DNA of 64,000 nucleotides from Pyrinomonadaceae bacterium (GTDB taxonomy: Bacteria > Acidobacteriota > Blastocatellia > Pyrinomonadales > Pyrinomonadaceae): NCBI GenBank assembly GCA_036403435.1, contig DASWQY010000157.1:3186-67185 (forward strand), given 5' to 3'. The notes beneath the pieces were generated by a model that saw nothing but the letters and a program-made list of their open reading frames with translations, was not told the DNA's origin and did no database searches. Within the stretch, counting starts at the first letter, position 1. Each line of letters opens with the position of its first letter. The translations under genes and the position numbers were made by a program. Positions 26,714 through 35,977 of the stretch are shown here, in pieces.

Positions 26714-26858
26714 GTCGGCCCCGGCCGTGAGCTGGAGCAGGTTGGCGAGCCGCGCGTCGAGCGCGACGTGCGCGCGCAGGTTGTCAACTTCGCAGGGGAA
26801 AGTTAGGGGATTTCGGTGACGACGATATTAGCAGATATTGCGTCGTGCCGGAAGATTT

Positions 26859-27830
26859 TCATTCGGGCCGCGCGGGGAGCGCCGCCTGCTCGCCGCTCTC
26901 CTCGGCCGAAGAGCTGTAGGCGCAGACGCGGTTGCGCCCGCCGCGCTTGGCGCGGTAGAGCGCCGTGTCGGCCAGCTCGACCAACTCTATAGGGTCGCGC
27001 GCGTCGTCGGGGAACGCGGCCACGCCGAGGCTGATGGTGATGTAGTGCGTCTGCGGCTCCTCATGCTCTGCCGCGCCGTGCCGCGTGATCGGGAAGGCAT
27101 ACTCCTCGACGCCCGCGCGCACGCGCTCGGCCGCGACGAGTCCCTGCGCGTACTGTGCGTCGAGGAGGAAGGCCGCGAACTCTTCGCCGCCGAAGCGCGC
27201 GGCCACGTCGCCCGCTCGCAGCGAGCGCATGATAACCCCGCCGACCTCTTCGAGCGTCTGGTTGCCGACGAGGTGGCCGTAGGTGTCGTTGACCTTTTTG
27301 AAATAGTCTATGTCCATCATCAGCACGCAGAAGGGGCGCGACTCTGCCGCAGCGCGCGCGGCCTCGCGGCGCAGCTCCGAGAAGAAAGACTTGCCGGTCA
27401 GGAGCCCCGTCAACTCGTCGTGCACGAGCAGGCGGTGAATCTGGCGCTGGAACTCGCGGTCAATCTCGTCGAGCATGTCGAAGCGCAGGAGGTGCTCGCC
27501 GATGACTATCTTGTCGCCGTCCTGGAGGAGCGCGTCGGCGACGAGCTGGCCGTTGACGACCGTGCCGTTCGTCGAGCCGAGGTCCGTGATGCGGTAGCGC
27601 GTGAAGCCGGTCTCACCGTCGCGCTCGGTCGTGATGCGCGCGTGCAGGCGCGAGGCGCGGGCGTCGTTGACGCGCACGTCCGCTTCGAGCGCGCGGCCCA
27701 AAATGACCTCGTCGCGTTCGAGCGGGATGGGGACCGCCAGCAGCTCGCCGCGCAGGAAGACGAGCGCCGGGCGGCGGTCGCGCCCGCGCCCAGGCATCTC
27801 CAGAGTGTCGCTGTTCAGGTTTCCGCTCAT
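26859..27830 (-). CDS. FHA-domain diguanylate cyclase (FHA + GGDEF)
   Basis: 323 aa. The FHA domain reads VILGRALEADVRVNDARASRLHARI...DLGSTNGTVVNGQ. The GGDEF domain has an intact RFGGEEFA active site and LYRAKRGGRNRV. Confidence 0.9.
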   Translation of the reverse strand: MSGNLNSDTLEMPGRGRDRRPALVFLRGELLAVPIPLERDEVILGRALEADVRVNDARASRLHARITTERDGETGFTRYRITDLGSTNGTVVNGQLVADALLQDGDKIVIGEHLLRFDMLDEIDREFQRQIHRLLVHDELTGLLTGKSFFSELRREAARAAAESRPFCVLMMDIDYFKKVNDTYGHLVGNQTLEEVGGVIMRSLRAGDVAARFGGEEFAAFLLDAQYAQGLVAAERVRAGVEEYAFPITRHGAAEHEEPQTHYITISLGVAAFPDDARDPIELVELADTALYRAKRGGRNRVCAYSSSAEESGEQAALPARPE

Positions 27831-27894
27831 CGGCCGTCATCTTAGCGTGAGACGGGCGCGTCGGCAATAATAATGAGAGTGAAGGGCGGGGTGC

Positions 27895-27924
27895 TTGTCG
27901 AGCGGGCCGGGCGTCTCATATAAT
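27895..27924 (+). promoter_or_regulatory. Candidate ribA promoter
   Basis: TTGTCG (27895-27900), an 18-nt spacer, then TATAAT (27919-27924). It lies about 40 nt upstream of the ribA ATG. Confidence 0.35.
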
Positions 27925-27965
27925 GACCGCAATCACTGTTAACATCCGGTGAACGGTTTTGAGGA

Positions 27966-28619
27966 ATGAGTGAATTGAAAGAAGAAGCAACCACAGCGGC
28001 GTGTTCGTGGGCCGCACAGAAGCTGTCGGTCGTGCGCGTGGCCGAGGCACGCCTGCCGACCGAGGTCGGTGAATTTAAGATCGCGGGCTACCGCTCTCGC
28101 ACCAGCGACGAGGAGTACGTAGTCCTCTTCAAGGGAGAGCTGCGGCCCGAAATCCCCACGCTGGTCCGCATCCACTCGCAGTGTCTGACGGGCGACGTGT
28201 TCGGCTCGACCAAGTGCGACTGCGGCCGCCAGCTCCACCTCGCGATGGAGATGATCGAGCGCGAGGGGCGCGGGGCCATCGTCTACCAGCAGCAGGAGGG
28301 GCGCGGCATCGGCATCCTCAACAAGATTCGCGCCTACGCCTTGCAGGACGAGGGCGCGGACACCGTGGAGGCGAATGAGCGGCTGGGCTTCGCCGTTGAC
28401 CTGCGCGAGTACAGGCAGTGCGCCGAAGTCCTCTTCGACATGGGACTGTGCCAGGTGCGCGTGCTCTCAAACAACCCGCTCAAGCTGCGCGCGCTCGAAG
28501 AGGCCGGCCTCGAAGTGGTCGAGCGCGTCTCGATAGAGGTCGAGCCGCCGGAGTCTGCCGCGCACTACCTGAGGACGAAGAAAGAGAAGATGGGGCACCT
28601 GTTGGAATTCGACGTTTAG
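27966..28619 (+). CDS. ribA: GTP cyclohydrolase II
   Basis: 217 aa. Motifs are [20 protein letters not shown] (zinc Cys triad), [17 protein letters not shown] and [11 protein letters not shown]. Confidence 0.9.
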   Translation: MSELKEEATTAACSWAAQKLSVVRVAEARLPTEVGEFKIAGYRSRTSDEEYVVLFKGELRPEIPTLVRIHSQCLTGDVFGSTKCDCGRQLHLAMEMIEREGRGAIVYQQQEGRGIGILNKIRAYALQDEGADTVEANERLGFAVDLREYRQCAEVLFDMGLCQVRVLSNNPLKLRALEEAGLEVVERVSIEVEPPESAAHYLRTKKEKMGHLLEFDV

Positions 28620-28640
28620 ATGGCAGGTGATTCAAAGACA

Positions 28641-28675
28641 AGGGGCCGCGCACTCGGCGTGAGTGCGCGGCCCCT
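28641..28675. terminator. GC-rich hairpin between convergent ribA and the TPR gene (possible bidirectional terminator)
   Basis: AGGGGCCGCGCACTC (28641-28655), loop GGCGT, then GAGTGCGCGGCCCCT (28661-28675). The stem is 15 bp and perfect, with weak T-rich flanks. Confidence 0.5.
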
Positions 28676-28699
28676 TCGCTTTGCCCGGAAGCGCCCCCG

Positions 28700-29716
28700 C
28701 TACTGTTTACTGCGCAGGTCCTGGACCGTGGCGCGCAGCTTCTCGGCGTTGGGGTCTTTGGGCGAGAGCTTCAGGTAAATCTCCAACTCGTCGGCCGCGC
28801 GCTTGTAGTCCTTCTTGGCCCAGTAGATTCCGCCCAGGTAGTAGTGGGCCTTAGCCGCCTCATCCTTACCGTTCTGGATGGCGACCTGGAACTCCTTCTG
28901 GGCGTCGTCAACCTTCTTCTGGCTGACGAGCGTCACGCCGAGGTACATGTGGGCGGCCGGCGACGCGTTGTTCATTTTCAGCGCCTCGCGCAGTTGCGTC
29001 TCAGCGGCCGGGAAATCTTTCTTGCTCAGGAGCGCGAAGCCCAGGTTGAGCCGCGGGGGGAAGGCTTTGGGCGCGAGCTTGATGGCCTTTTCGAGCACCG
29101 GAATCGCCTTGTCAAACTCGCCGAGCCTGGCGTACTGCGCGCCGAGTTCGTTGAGCGCCAGCGGGTAGTCCGGGGCGAGCGCGATGGCAGCCTCTAGGTG
29201 CTCGGCCGCCTTCTTGTGGTCGTTCGACTTGGACGCCTCCAGGCTTTTGGCGTAGAGGTCGCGCGCTTGCTTCGGCACGCTGTCGTCGCCGGCCTCAAGC
29301 CCGCCCTTCATCTTCAGCGTGATCGGGACGATGAGGTTGCGCCCGCCGCCCATCTCCTTGTCTATGCTGACGACCTCAATCGTCCGCTCGTAGTCCTCGC
29401 CCGGCTCAATCGTGATCCTGTACGGGCCGAAGCCGAGTCCGTTGAACCTGAAGGTGCCGTCGTCGTCCGTGACGGTCGTCTGCATGCCCATGTTGGTGCT
29501 CTCGATCTTGACCTTGAGGCGGCGACCGCCCCTGGGCTCCACCGGGAAGTAGATTTTGCCCTGGATCGAGTTGTTGCCTTCGGAGCCGGGCAGGCCGCGC
29601 GAGGACCCGACGCCCTGCGCCGAGGCGTCCGTAGCGAAGGCGAGCAGCAGGAGCGAAAGGGAGAGCAGGAGAAAGACCCTGGGGCTGCGGGCGCTTGAAA
29701 CTTTAGGAGGTTGCAT
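28700..29716 (-). CDS. Secreted CarboxypepD_reg-like beta-sandwich + TPR repeat protein (paralog 1)
   Basis: 338 aa. It has signal peptide ...LLLLAFATDASAQG, then IQGKIYFPV...VTDDDGTFRFNGLGFGPYRITIEP, then TPR-like helices ending HYYLGGIYWAKKDYKRAADELEIYLKLSPK. Confidence 0.8.
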   Translation of the reverse strand: MQPPKVSSARSPRVFLLLSLSLLLLAFATDASAQGVGSSRGLPGSEGNNSIQGKIYFPVEPRGGRRLKVKIESTNMGMQTTVTDDDGTFRFNGLGFGPYRITIEPGEDYERTIEVVSIDKEMGGGRNLIVPITLKMKGGLEAGDDSVPKQARDLYAKSLEASKSNDHKKAAEHLEAAIALAPDYPLALNELGAQYARLGEFDKAIPVLEKAIKLAPKAFPPRLNLGFALLSKKDFPAAETQLREALKMNNASPAAHMYLGVTLVSQKKVDDAQKEFQVAIQNGKDEAAKAHYYLGGIYWAKKDYKRAADELEIYLKLSPKDPNAEKLRATVQDLRSKQ

Positions 29717-29915
29717 TCGGATAACTCCTTTTGAAATAGGATAGGGATGTGCCGCCGGCTCGGCCCCCTCGCGCCCCGGCTATCGGATGATGAAGAGGGC
29801 GGGGGAGAGACTTTCTCGGACTTCGGAATCTGCCTGGGAGACGAACCGCAGAACAGGGCGTCCGAATAAGCGGCGGCTCAGTTTTACCACGAGCCCGCCG
29901 TTTTACGCCAGTCCC

Positions 29916-30995
29916 TTACGGCTGCTTTTCCCTCAACTCCTTGACGGTGGCGCGCACGCGCTCGGCGTCGCCCGCCTTGGGCGAGAGCTTCAGGTAAATC
30001 TCCAGCTCGTCGGCCGCGCGCTTGTAGTCTTTCTTGGCCCAGTAGATTCCGCCCAGGTAGTAGTGCGGCAAGCTGAGCTTGCTGCCGGCGAGGGCCAGCG
30101 CGCGGCGCAACTCCTTCTCGGCGTCCTCGTAGTTGTGCAGCGAGATGAGCGTGATGCCGAGGTACATGTGAGCCGGCCACGAAGACTCGTTCTTCTTCAG
30201 GGCGGTGCGCAGCTCGGCCTCGGCCTCGGCCATGTCCTTCTTCTCCAGGAGTGCGATGCCGTAGTTGAGCCGCGTTGTGAAGTCGTCCGGCTTGATCCTG
30301 AGCGACGCGCGCAACGCCTCGACAGCCTTGTCCGGCTGGCCCAGTCTGAGGTACTGCACGCCCAGTTCGTTGAGCGCCAGGGCGAACTCCGGGTATTGGG
30401 CGACGGCCGCCCGCAGGTGCTCGACGGCCTTCTTCGAGTCGCCGGCCTGGGCCGCCTCGACTCCCTTCTCGTAAAGCTCGACGGCCGGCTTGGGCAGGTT
30501 GGCGAGCGCCGCGTTGAGCACCCCCGGCCTGTTGCCGGCCGCGCCGGGCTTGAGCCTGAGATTGATGATGACGCTGAAGTTGCGCGGGACGTTGGCGCGC
30601 GCTATCTCTGACGCGGGGATGGTCCGGCTGCGGATTGCGAACCCCTCGATGGTGACGGACTCCCTGGCTACCTCGTAGTCCGGGCCGGCGTCCACGCTGA
30701 GCGAGTAGGAGCCGGGCGAGAGGTTTTGGAAGGAGAACGAGCCGTTCAGGTCCGCGATCACGGAGAGCCGCTCGGAGCTGGTGCTTTCGAGCGAGACCTT
30801 GACGGTGAGCGCGTCCGAGCGGCGGCCCGAGGGGAAGAAGATGCGGCCTTGAATCCTGTGCTTGCCGCCCGTGCCGACGGTCTCGACGCCGCTCTGGGCG
30901 GACGCCTGCGCGAACGGAGTTGCGAGCAGGAGGGCGAGTGACAGGACTCGCAGAAAGTGGCGACGCGCAGCGGCCCGACCTGTAGGGAGAAACAT
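29916..30995 (-). CDS. Secreted CarboxypepD_reg-like + TPR repeat protein (paralog 2)
   Basis: 359 aa. The architecture matches 28700-29716, with an identical 30-aa C-terminal block and a nearly identical RBS region (AAGGAGTTATCnGAATG). Confidence 0.8.
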   Translation of the reverse strand: MFLPTGRAAARRHFLRVLSLALLLATPFAQASAQSGVETVGTGGKHRIQGRIFFPSGRRSDALTVKVSLESTSSERLSVIADLNGSFSFQNLSPGSYSLSVDAGPDYEVARESVTIEGFAIRSRTIPASEIARANVPRNFSVIINLRLKPGAAGNRPGVLNAALANLPKPAVELYEKGVEAAQAGDSKKAVEHLRAAVAQYPEFALALNELGVQYLRLGQPDKAVEALRASLRIKPDDFTTRLNYGIALLEKKDMAEAEAELRTALKKNESSWPAHMYLGITLISLHNYEDAEKELRRALALAGSKLSLPHYYLGGIYWAKKDYKRAADELEIYLKLSPKAGDAERVRATVKELREKQP

Positions 30996-31131
30996 TCCGA
31001 TAACTCCTTTCTCAAAAAAGCCAAAAGGTCGAGGGTTCGATTTCAGAGTTAGTTCCTTACGGAGGCGGGGACATCATATCACAAAAAAGATAGGGGAGAA
31101 GCGCTTGTTGGACGCCCCTCCCCTTCAAAAA

Positions 31132-31169
31132 TTTCACGCGCCCGAGCCCGAAGAGTCGGGCGCGTGAAA
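31132..31169 (-). terminator. Intrinsic terminator of TonB-dependent receptor 1
   Basis: The stem TTTCACGCGCCCGA (31132-31145) pairs with TCGGGCGCGTGAAA (31156-31169). On the minus strand it is followed by TTTTTGAAGG. Confidence 0.6.
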
Positions 31170-31178
31170 GCAATCAGT

Positions 31179-34100
31179 CTAGAACTGGAATTTAACGCCG
31201 AAGCGCAGTGACGACGGGAACTGGAAGATCAGCCCCGTGCCGTAGAACGGATTCCCGACCGGCGGAACGCCCGCCACGCCGCTGTTGATGGAGAACGTCT
31301 GGTCCAGCGTGATAGCGCGCTGCTGGTTGAAGGCGTTGAACCAGTCAACCTGGAAGCGGAGCTGCCGATTCTCGCTGAAGACAATCGGGTAGTACGCGCC
31401 GAGGTCGAGGTTGTAGGTGAACGGCGTGCGGGTCGAGCCGATGGCGTTCTCGATGCCGCCGTTGCCGTTGACATCGCTCCGGTCGGGGACGATGGCCGTG
31501 CCGCGCGGGACGGCAAAGCCCTCGTTGTTCCCGTAGACCGGGTGCGGGATCAGTTGGTTGAACGGGTTGCCGGACTGCGCGTAGAAGTTACCGCTGACGA
31601 TAAGTTTCCACGGGGTACGGTAAGAGCCGTTGAACTTGAACTGGTGCGGGCGGTCGTTCGGCAGACGCCCGTAGGAGTTGGCGAGCAGGCTGACGAGGTC
31701 GAACAACGAGGTGATGTTCGGGTCAGACTGGCCGTTGTCGTTGCGGAACAGACCTTCGTAGTTGCCGGTGAGCGACGAGTAAACGTAGGAAGCGACGAAC
31801 TGGTAGTTGTTCGTGAAACGCTTCGTCGCCGTAAGCTCGAACGCGCGGTAGTAGCGGCGGGCGCGGCCGAAGCGCTGGCCGATGGTCGTCTCGGCCAGGC
31901 GGTCTGTCAGGCTCTCGCCGGGGTTGAAGAGGAAGTAATGCTCGCCGTCGTCGAACGAGCCGTCCTCGATGACGGAGCCCTGCGGGCGGTAGATGCCGCG
32001 CACGCCGAGCGCCAGGTCGTTCATGGCCTCGTACTCAAGACCGCCGGTCAGTTCGTTGACGGTCTGCGGCTTGAGGTCGGGATCAATCGGCGTCGCCTCG
32101 GCCCCGAGGTTGCCGATCACCGACGAGATGGCGGCGTTCAGCGGGGCGTTGACGCGGTTGACGCGGAACTGCTTGTCGGTCTGGCTGTCGCCGCCGCCGG
32201 CGCGGACGTTAATGTCGAGCGGGAGCGGGGTCTCAAGGAAGCGGGCGTAGTTGACGAACAGCTTGCCCTTGCCCCGGCCGGTGAAGTCCCAGATGAGACC
32301 GATGCGCGGCTGGAGGTTGTCCTTGAAGTTGTTGAGCTTCAGGTAGGTGTCACCGTTGTCGCCGTAAGCCTGCTGGTAGTCCCAGCGCACGCCGAAGTTG
32401 AACTGGACGTTCTTCGACAGCTTGTAGTCGTCCTGAAGGTAGAAGCTCTCGACATCCGTGTAGGTGTTGGCGACCAGCTCGAAGTCACGAATGGTCGTCA
32501 CGTTGCGGACGAGGAACGGGTTGTTCAGCACCTCGGCCGTGGTGAGCGGGGCGACGCAACCGGCGCAGGTGCCGGCCTTAGCCGCCGCAGTGAATCCGGG
32601 GACCGCGCCCGCCGCGATGGCGGCATTGATGCGGTTGAAGCCCGCGCTGACGCCGCCGGCGGCCGTCACGGGGCAAACCACCGTCGTGCCGCGGGTCGTG
32701 CAGACGAGGAAGCTGTTGGTCACGCGGAAGCCGTTGACCTGATTCAACCCGGTCGGGTCGTTCGAGGTGGCGACCAACCCGCGCGGGTCAGCGAACGTGT
32801 TCGACGGCCCCGTCGAAAGGGTGTTGATGTCGTACTTGTTGCGGTTGTACTCGAAGCCGTACTTGAGCGTGTGGCGGCCGATGATGTTCTGCAAGCGGGC
32901 CGCGAACTCTAAGCGGTTGCGGTCCTGCGTCGAGTAGAGGCCGTAGCCCTGCCGCAAGAAGTTGCGCTGGAGCGAGCCGCCCGGAGCGGAGATGAAATCA
33001 ACGAAGCCGGTCGCGCCGCCGACGTTGACGTTGGTCTGCGTGACGGGAGCAATCGTGCCGTCACCGCGCAGGATGGCGAAGTTGTCGGTGATGAGCGGGA
33101 CGCCGAGCAGGCTGGCGTCGGGGAGCGTGTTGGCGCGCTGGAAGTGCAGGCCGAACATGAACTCGCCGATCCAGGTCGGGGTGATGGTCGAGTTGAGGCG
33201 CGCGGTGTAGTTGTGGCCGCCCGTCTCGGTGATGCCGCTGAAGGTCAAGGGGTCCGTGCCGAAGCCGGAGCCGCCCTGGAAGCCTTCGAGCTTGGTGAAA
33301 TCGCCGAAGGTCGAGAAGGTGAAGGTGTTCGCCTGGTTGATAGAGTAGGTGACCTTGCCCGAGTAGAACGGGGTCGTCACCTTGTTATCGACCGGGGTCA
33401 GGAAGGTCTGGGTCAGGCGGAAGTTCTCGCGCCGCTGCGGGTTGAACGCGCCGAAGAACCAGAGCTTGTCCTTCATGATCGGGCCGCCGATGTCGAAGCC
33501 GGCGTCGATCTCGGAGAAGGTGGTCGGGATGGAGCCCGTGAACGGAATGTTCTTGATGTCACGGACCATGCCCTTCGTCGTGAAGTAGGCGAAGGCGTCG
33601 CCGCGGAACTCGTTGCCGCCCGACTTCGTGATGACGTTGAAGATGCCGCCCGTGGACTTGCCGTACTCAGCGCCGTAAGCGCCGGTCTTGATTTCGACTT
33701 CCTGCACGAACTCGAAGGGCAGGTTCGCGCCCGAGCCGCCGAAGGCGGGGTCGGTCGTGTTAACGCCGTCGAGGATGTAGTTGTTCTCAGGCCCGGAGGA
33801 GCCCGCCACCGACGGGTCGCGGTCACGGCCCGAGGCGTCGCGCAGGCCCGAGCGGGTGACGGTCGGCGCGATGGTGTAGAGCGACTGCACGGTGCGCTGC
33901 GTCGGGAAGTTCGAGAACTGGTCCGAGGAGACATTCGTGCCGGTCGTGTTGGCCGTCACGTCCACGGCCGCGCCGGAAGTGTCGGTGATGGTCACCGAGG
34001 CCGCCTGGCCGGCGATCTGGACCTGAACGTCCGCGGAAGTGGTCTTGGAGAGGTTGACCTCGACTTCACTCTTCGAGGCCTCGCCGAAGCCGGCGGTCGC

Positions 34101-34358
34101 GCCGACCGCGACGGTGTATCTCCCCGGCGGGAGATTTAGAACCCTGTAACGCCCCTCGTCATCCGTCGTGGTCGTCTGGGGGCGAATCAGGTTCGTCCCC
34201 GAGACGGTGACAGTGGCGTTCGGCACGGCCGCGCCCTGCGGGTCGGTGATCGTGCCTTCGATGGAACCAGTCGTCTGCGTCTGCGCTATCGCCCCGCTCA
34301 TAGTAAAGAGCGCGAGGCACAGCGTCAGCAGTGACGTGGTAAAGATTCGCATCTTCAT
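31179..34358 (-). CDS. TonB-dependent receptor with N-terminal carboxypeptidase-regulatory-like domain
   Basis: The start is set at MKMRIFTTSLLTLCLALFTMSGAIAQ (ATG at 34358-34356). The CarboxypepD_reg-like region reads GSIEGTITDPQGAAVPNATVTVSG...DDEGRYRVLNLPPGRYTV. The plug region has NNYILDGVNTTDP. The C-terminus ends ...LRFGVKFQF with a terminal Phe. Confidence 0.85.
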   Translation of the reverse strand: MKMRIFTTSLLTLCLALFTMSGAIAQTQTTGSIEGTITDPQGAAVPNATVTVSGTNLIRPQTTTTDDEGRYRVLNLPPGRYTVAVGATAGFGEASKSEVEVNLSKTTSADVQVQIAGQAASVTITDTSGAAVDVTANTTGTNVSSDQFSNFPTQRTVQSLYTIAPTVTRSGLRDASGRDRDPSVAGSSGPENNYILDGVNTTDPAFGGSGANLPFEFVQEVEIKTGAYGAEYGKSTGGIFNVITKSGGNEFRGDAFAYFTTKGMVRDIKNIPFTGSIPTTFSEIDAGFDIGGPIMKDKLWFFGAFNPQRRENFRLTQTFLTPVDNKVTTPFYSGKVTYSINQANTFTFSTFGDFTKLEGFQGGSGFGTDPLTFSGITETGGHNYTARLNSTITPTWIGEFMFGLHFQRANTLPDASLLGVPLITDNFAILRGDGTIAPVTQTNVNVGGATGFVDFISAPGGSLQRNFLRQGYGLYSTQDRNRLEFAARLQNIIGRHTLKYGFEYNRNKYDINTLSTGPSNTFADPRGLVATSNDPTGLNQVNGFRVTNSFLVCTTRGTTVVCPVTAAGGVSAGFNRINAAIAAGAVPGFTAAAKAGTCAGCVAPLTTAEVLNNPFLVRNVTTIRDFELVANTYTDVESFYLQDDYKLSKNVQFNFGVRWDYQQAYGDNGDTYLKLNNFKDNLQPRIGLIWDFTGRGKGKLFVNYARFLETPLPLDINVRAGGGDSQTDKQFRVNRVNAPLNAAISSVIGNLGAEATPIDPDLKPQTVNELTGGLEYEAMNDLALGVRGIYRPQGSVIEDGSFDDGEHYFLFNPGESLTDRLAETTIGQRFGRARRYYRAFELTATKRFTNNYQFVASYVYSSLTGNYEGLFRNDNGQSDPNITSLFDLVSLLANSYGRLPNDRPHQFKFNGSYRTPWKLIVSGNFYAQSGNPFNQLIPHPVYGNNEGFAVPRGTAIVPDRSDVNGNGGIENAIGSTRTPFTYNLDLGAYYPIVFSENRQLRFQVDWFNAFNQQRAITLDQTFSINSGVAGVPPVGNPFYGTGLIFQFPSSLRFGVKFQF

Positions 34359-34774
34359 GCTTACTATTCCTTTCTTGTTGTGCATTTCTCTTATGCTGGG
34401 CATGCTGCTTCCTTTCAGTGTGCCGCGGCTATCTCGGCGAGGGAACTGTGGCCTCTCGGAAGGGCCTGGCAGCATGATTGTTTGGATTGTTAACCGTAGA
34501 AATTCCTAAAATCCACATCGTTTACGAATTTTTGCAACTCTTATGCCCTGCCCCCGCTCGAAGGTCAATCCACGAGAAATCTTAGATTTAGCCCCGGAGG
34601 GAGAGGGCGCGGTGGCCTTTTGAAATCCAAAAAAATGGTCAGAATCCAGAAATTAGAACTCAGGGTGCTGCTGTCGCGGAGACGACGTGGCGCGCGGGCA
34701 GGGGGTTTTTGATTCCTCGGGCGGAGAGGCAAGGCCCCCTCGGCCAGTGCCGGCCGGGGGCGCTCGCGGGGCTT

Positions 34775-35818
34775 TTAGTTTTGCCGGGCGGGCTCGCGCA
34801 GCTTCTTGATGGCTTCGCGGATGGCGTCAGCGTTTCTCGCGTCGGGAGTCTTGCGCAGGTACTGCTCCAACTCGTCGGCCGCGCGCGAGCGGTCGCCCTT
34901 CTTCTCGTAGAGTCGCGCCAGCTGGCGGTGCACCTCCGCAGACTTTTTGTTGCTCAGCACGGACGCGCGGCCGAGCGCCTTCTCCGCCTCTTCCAGGGCG
35001 AAGCTGCGCTCGTCCCTTGCGGCCTGCGAGCGCGCGGGGTCAATCGCCGTGGCCTGCTCTATCAGGGCCGTGCCCTGCGAGAGCGGATACTGCGGGTCGG
35101 AGGGGTTGAGGCGGGCCGCCTCGGCGAAGATGCGCGCCGCGACGGCGTACTTCCCCTGCTGCATCATGATGCGCGCGAAGAGGTCGTAGACGCGGTCGTC
35201 CTTCGGGTTGACGCGGCGTGCCTCGTCCAGGTGCTTGATGGCGTCGTCGAAGTGGCCCTCGCGGGCGAGCTGACTGGCGAGCACGAAGCGCGCGTCGAAG
35301 TAGTCCGGGAAGAGTTGGATCGCGCGCTCGTAGGAGGCGACGGCCGCGGGCGCGTGGTTCTCGCGCGCGAGTTTGAGGCCCGCGTCGAAGGCTTCGCGCG
35401 CGGGGCGCGGGATGTCCTGGACGAAGTTGAGGCCGGCGCGCGGCGGGCGCACGCCGCCCTTCGCGGAGAGCGTGATTTCGACGGTGCGCGTCTCGCCTAT
35501 AGAGTTCCCGCTCGGCATCATGACGAACTGGACGCTCTCGCTCGCCGTGTTGTAGTCAACGGCCGAGACGACCACGACGTAGCTGGTTTCCATCAGCCCG
35601 GTGAAGGAGAAGTCACCCTCGTTGTTGGTCACGGTCTGGTCCACCATCGCGCCGTTCTGTTCGAGCGAGACGGCGGCGCGCGGGACGTTCGTGCCGGCCG
35701 AGCTGCGCACCTTGCCGCGGATGATGTGCCCCTGCGCGAGCGCGGACGCGCTCGCGCAGAAGATGACGAGAAGCAGGGAGAGAAGGACGAGAGGGGCGGC
35801 GCTAAGGCGGGGATTCAT
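34775..35818 (-). CDS. Secreted CarboxypepD_reg-like + TPR repeat protein (paralog 3)
   Basis: The start is set at MNPRLSAAPLVLLSLLLVIFCASASALAQ (ATG at 35818-35816). This is followed by IRGKVRSSAGTNVPRAAVSLE...NNEGDFSFTGLMETSYVVVVSA and then TPR helices. Confidence 0.8.
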   Translation of the reverse strand: MNPRLSAAPLVLLSLLLVIFCASASALAQGHIIRGKVRSSAGTNVPRAAVSLEQNGAMVDQTVTNNEGDFSFTGLMETSYVVVVSAVDYNTASESVQFVMMPSGNSIGETRTVEITLSAKGGVRPPRAGLNFVQDIPRPAREAFDAGLKLARENHAPAAVASYERAIQLFPDYFDARFVLASQLAREGHFDDAIKHLDEARRVNPKDDRVYDLFARIMMQQGKYAVAARIFAEAARLNPSDPQYPLSQGTALIEQATAIDPARSQAARDERSFALEEAEKALGRASVLSNKKSAEVHRQLARLYEKKGDRSRAADELEQYLRKTPDARNADAIREAIKKLREPARQN

Positions 35819-35902
35819 TTCGCTCGGTCCTCGGAAGTCTGAAAGGAAATTTTCCGACGGCGCTCGCGCCGGGCGAGTCTCAAACGTCTCGCCGCCGCGA
35901 GC

Positions 35903-35946
35903 GGAAAAAATAAGGTGGGGCCGTCGAACTCGCGAAGGCCCCACCT
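35903..35946 (-). terminator. Intrinsic terminator of TonB-dependent receptor 2
   Basis: AGGTGGGGCC (35913-35922) pairs with GGCCCCACCT (35937-35946). On the minus strand the stem is followed by TATTTTTTCC. Confidence 0.6.
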
Positions 35947-35977
35947 AATCAAGCAGCCGGGCCGGAAGCCCAGGTCC

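Noticed and set aside
34359-34774. Cobalamin riboswitch upstream of TonB-dependent receptor 1 (a GCCACAG resembling the GCCACTG core is present on the minus strand).
   Set aside because: I could not find the other conserved elements of the B12 aptamer by eye. One heptamer is insufficient, and an Infernal scan would be needed.
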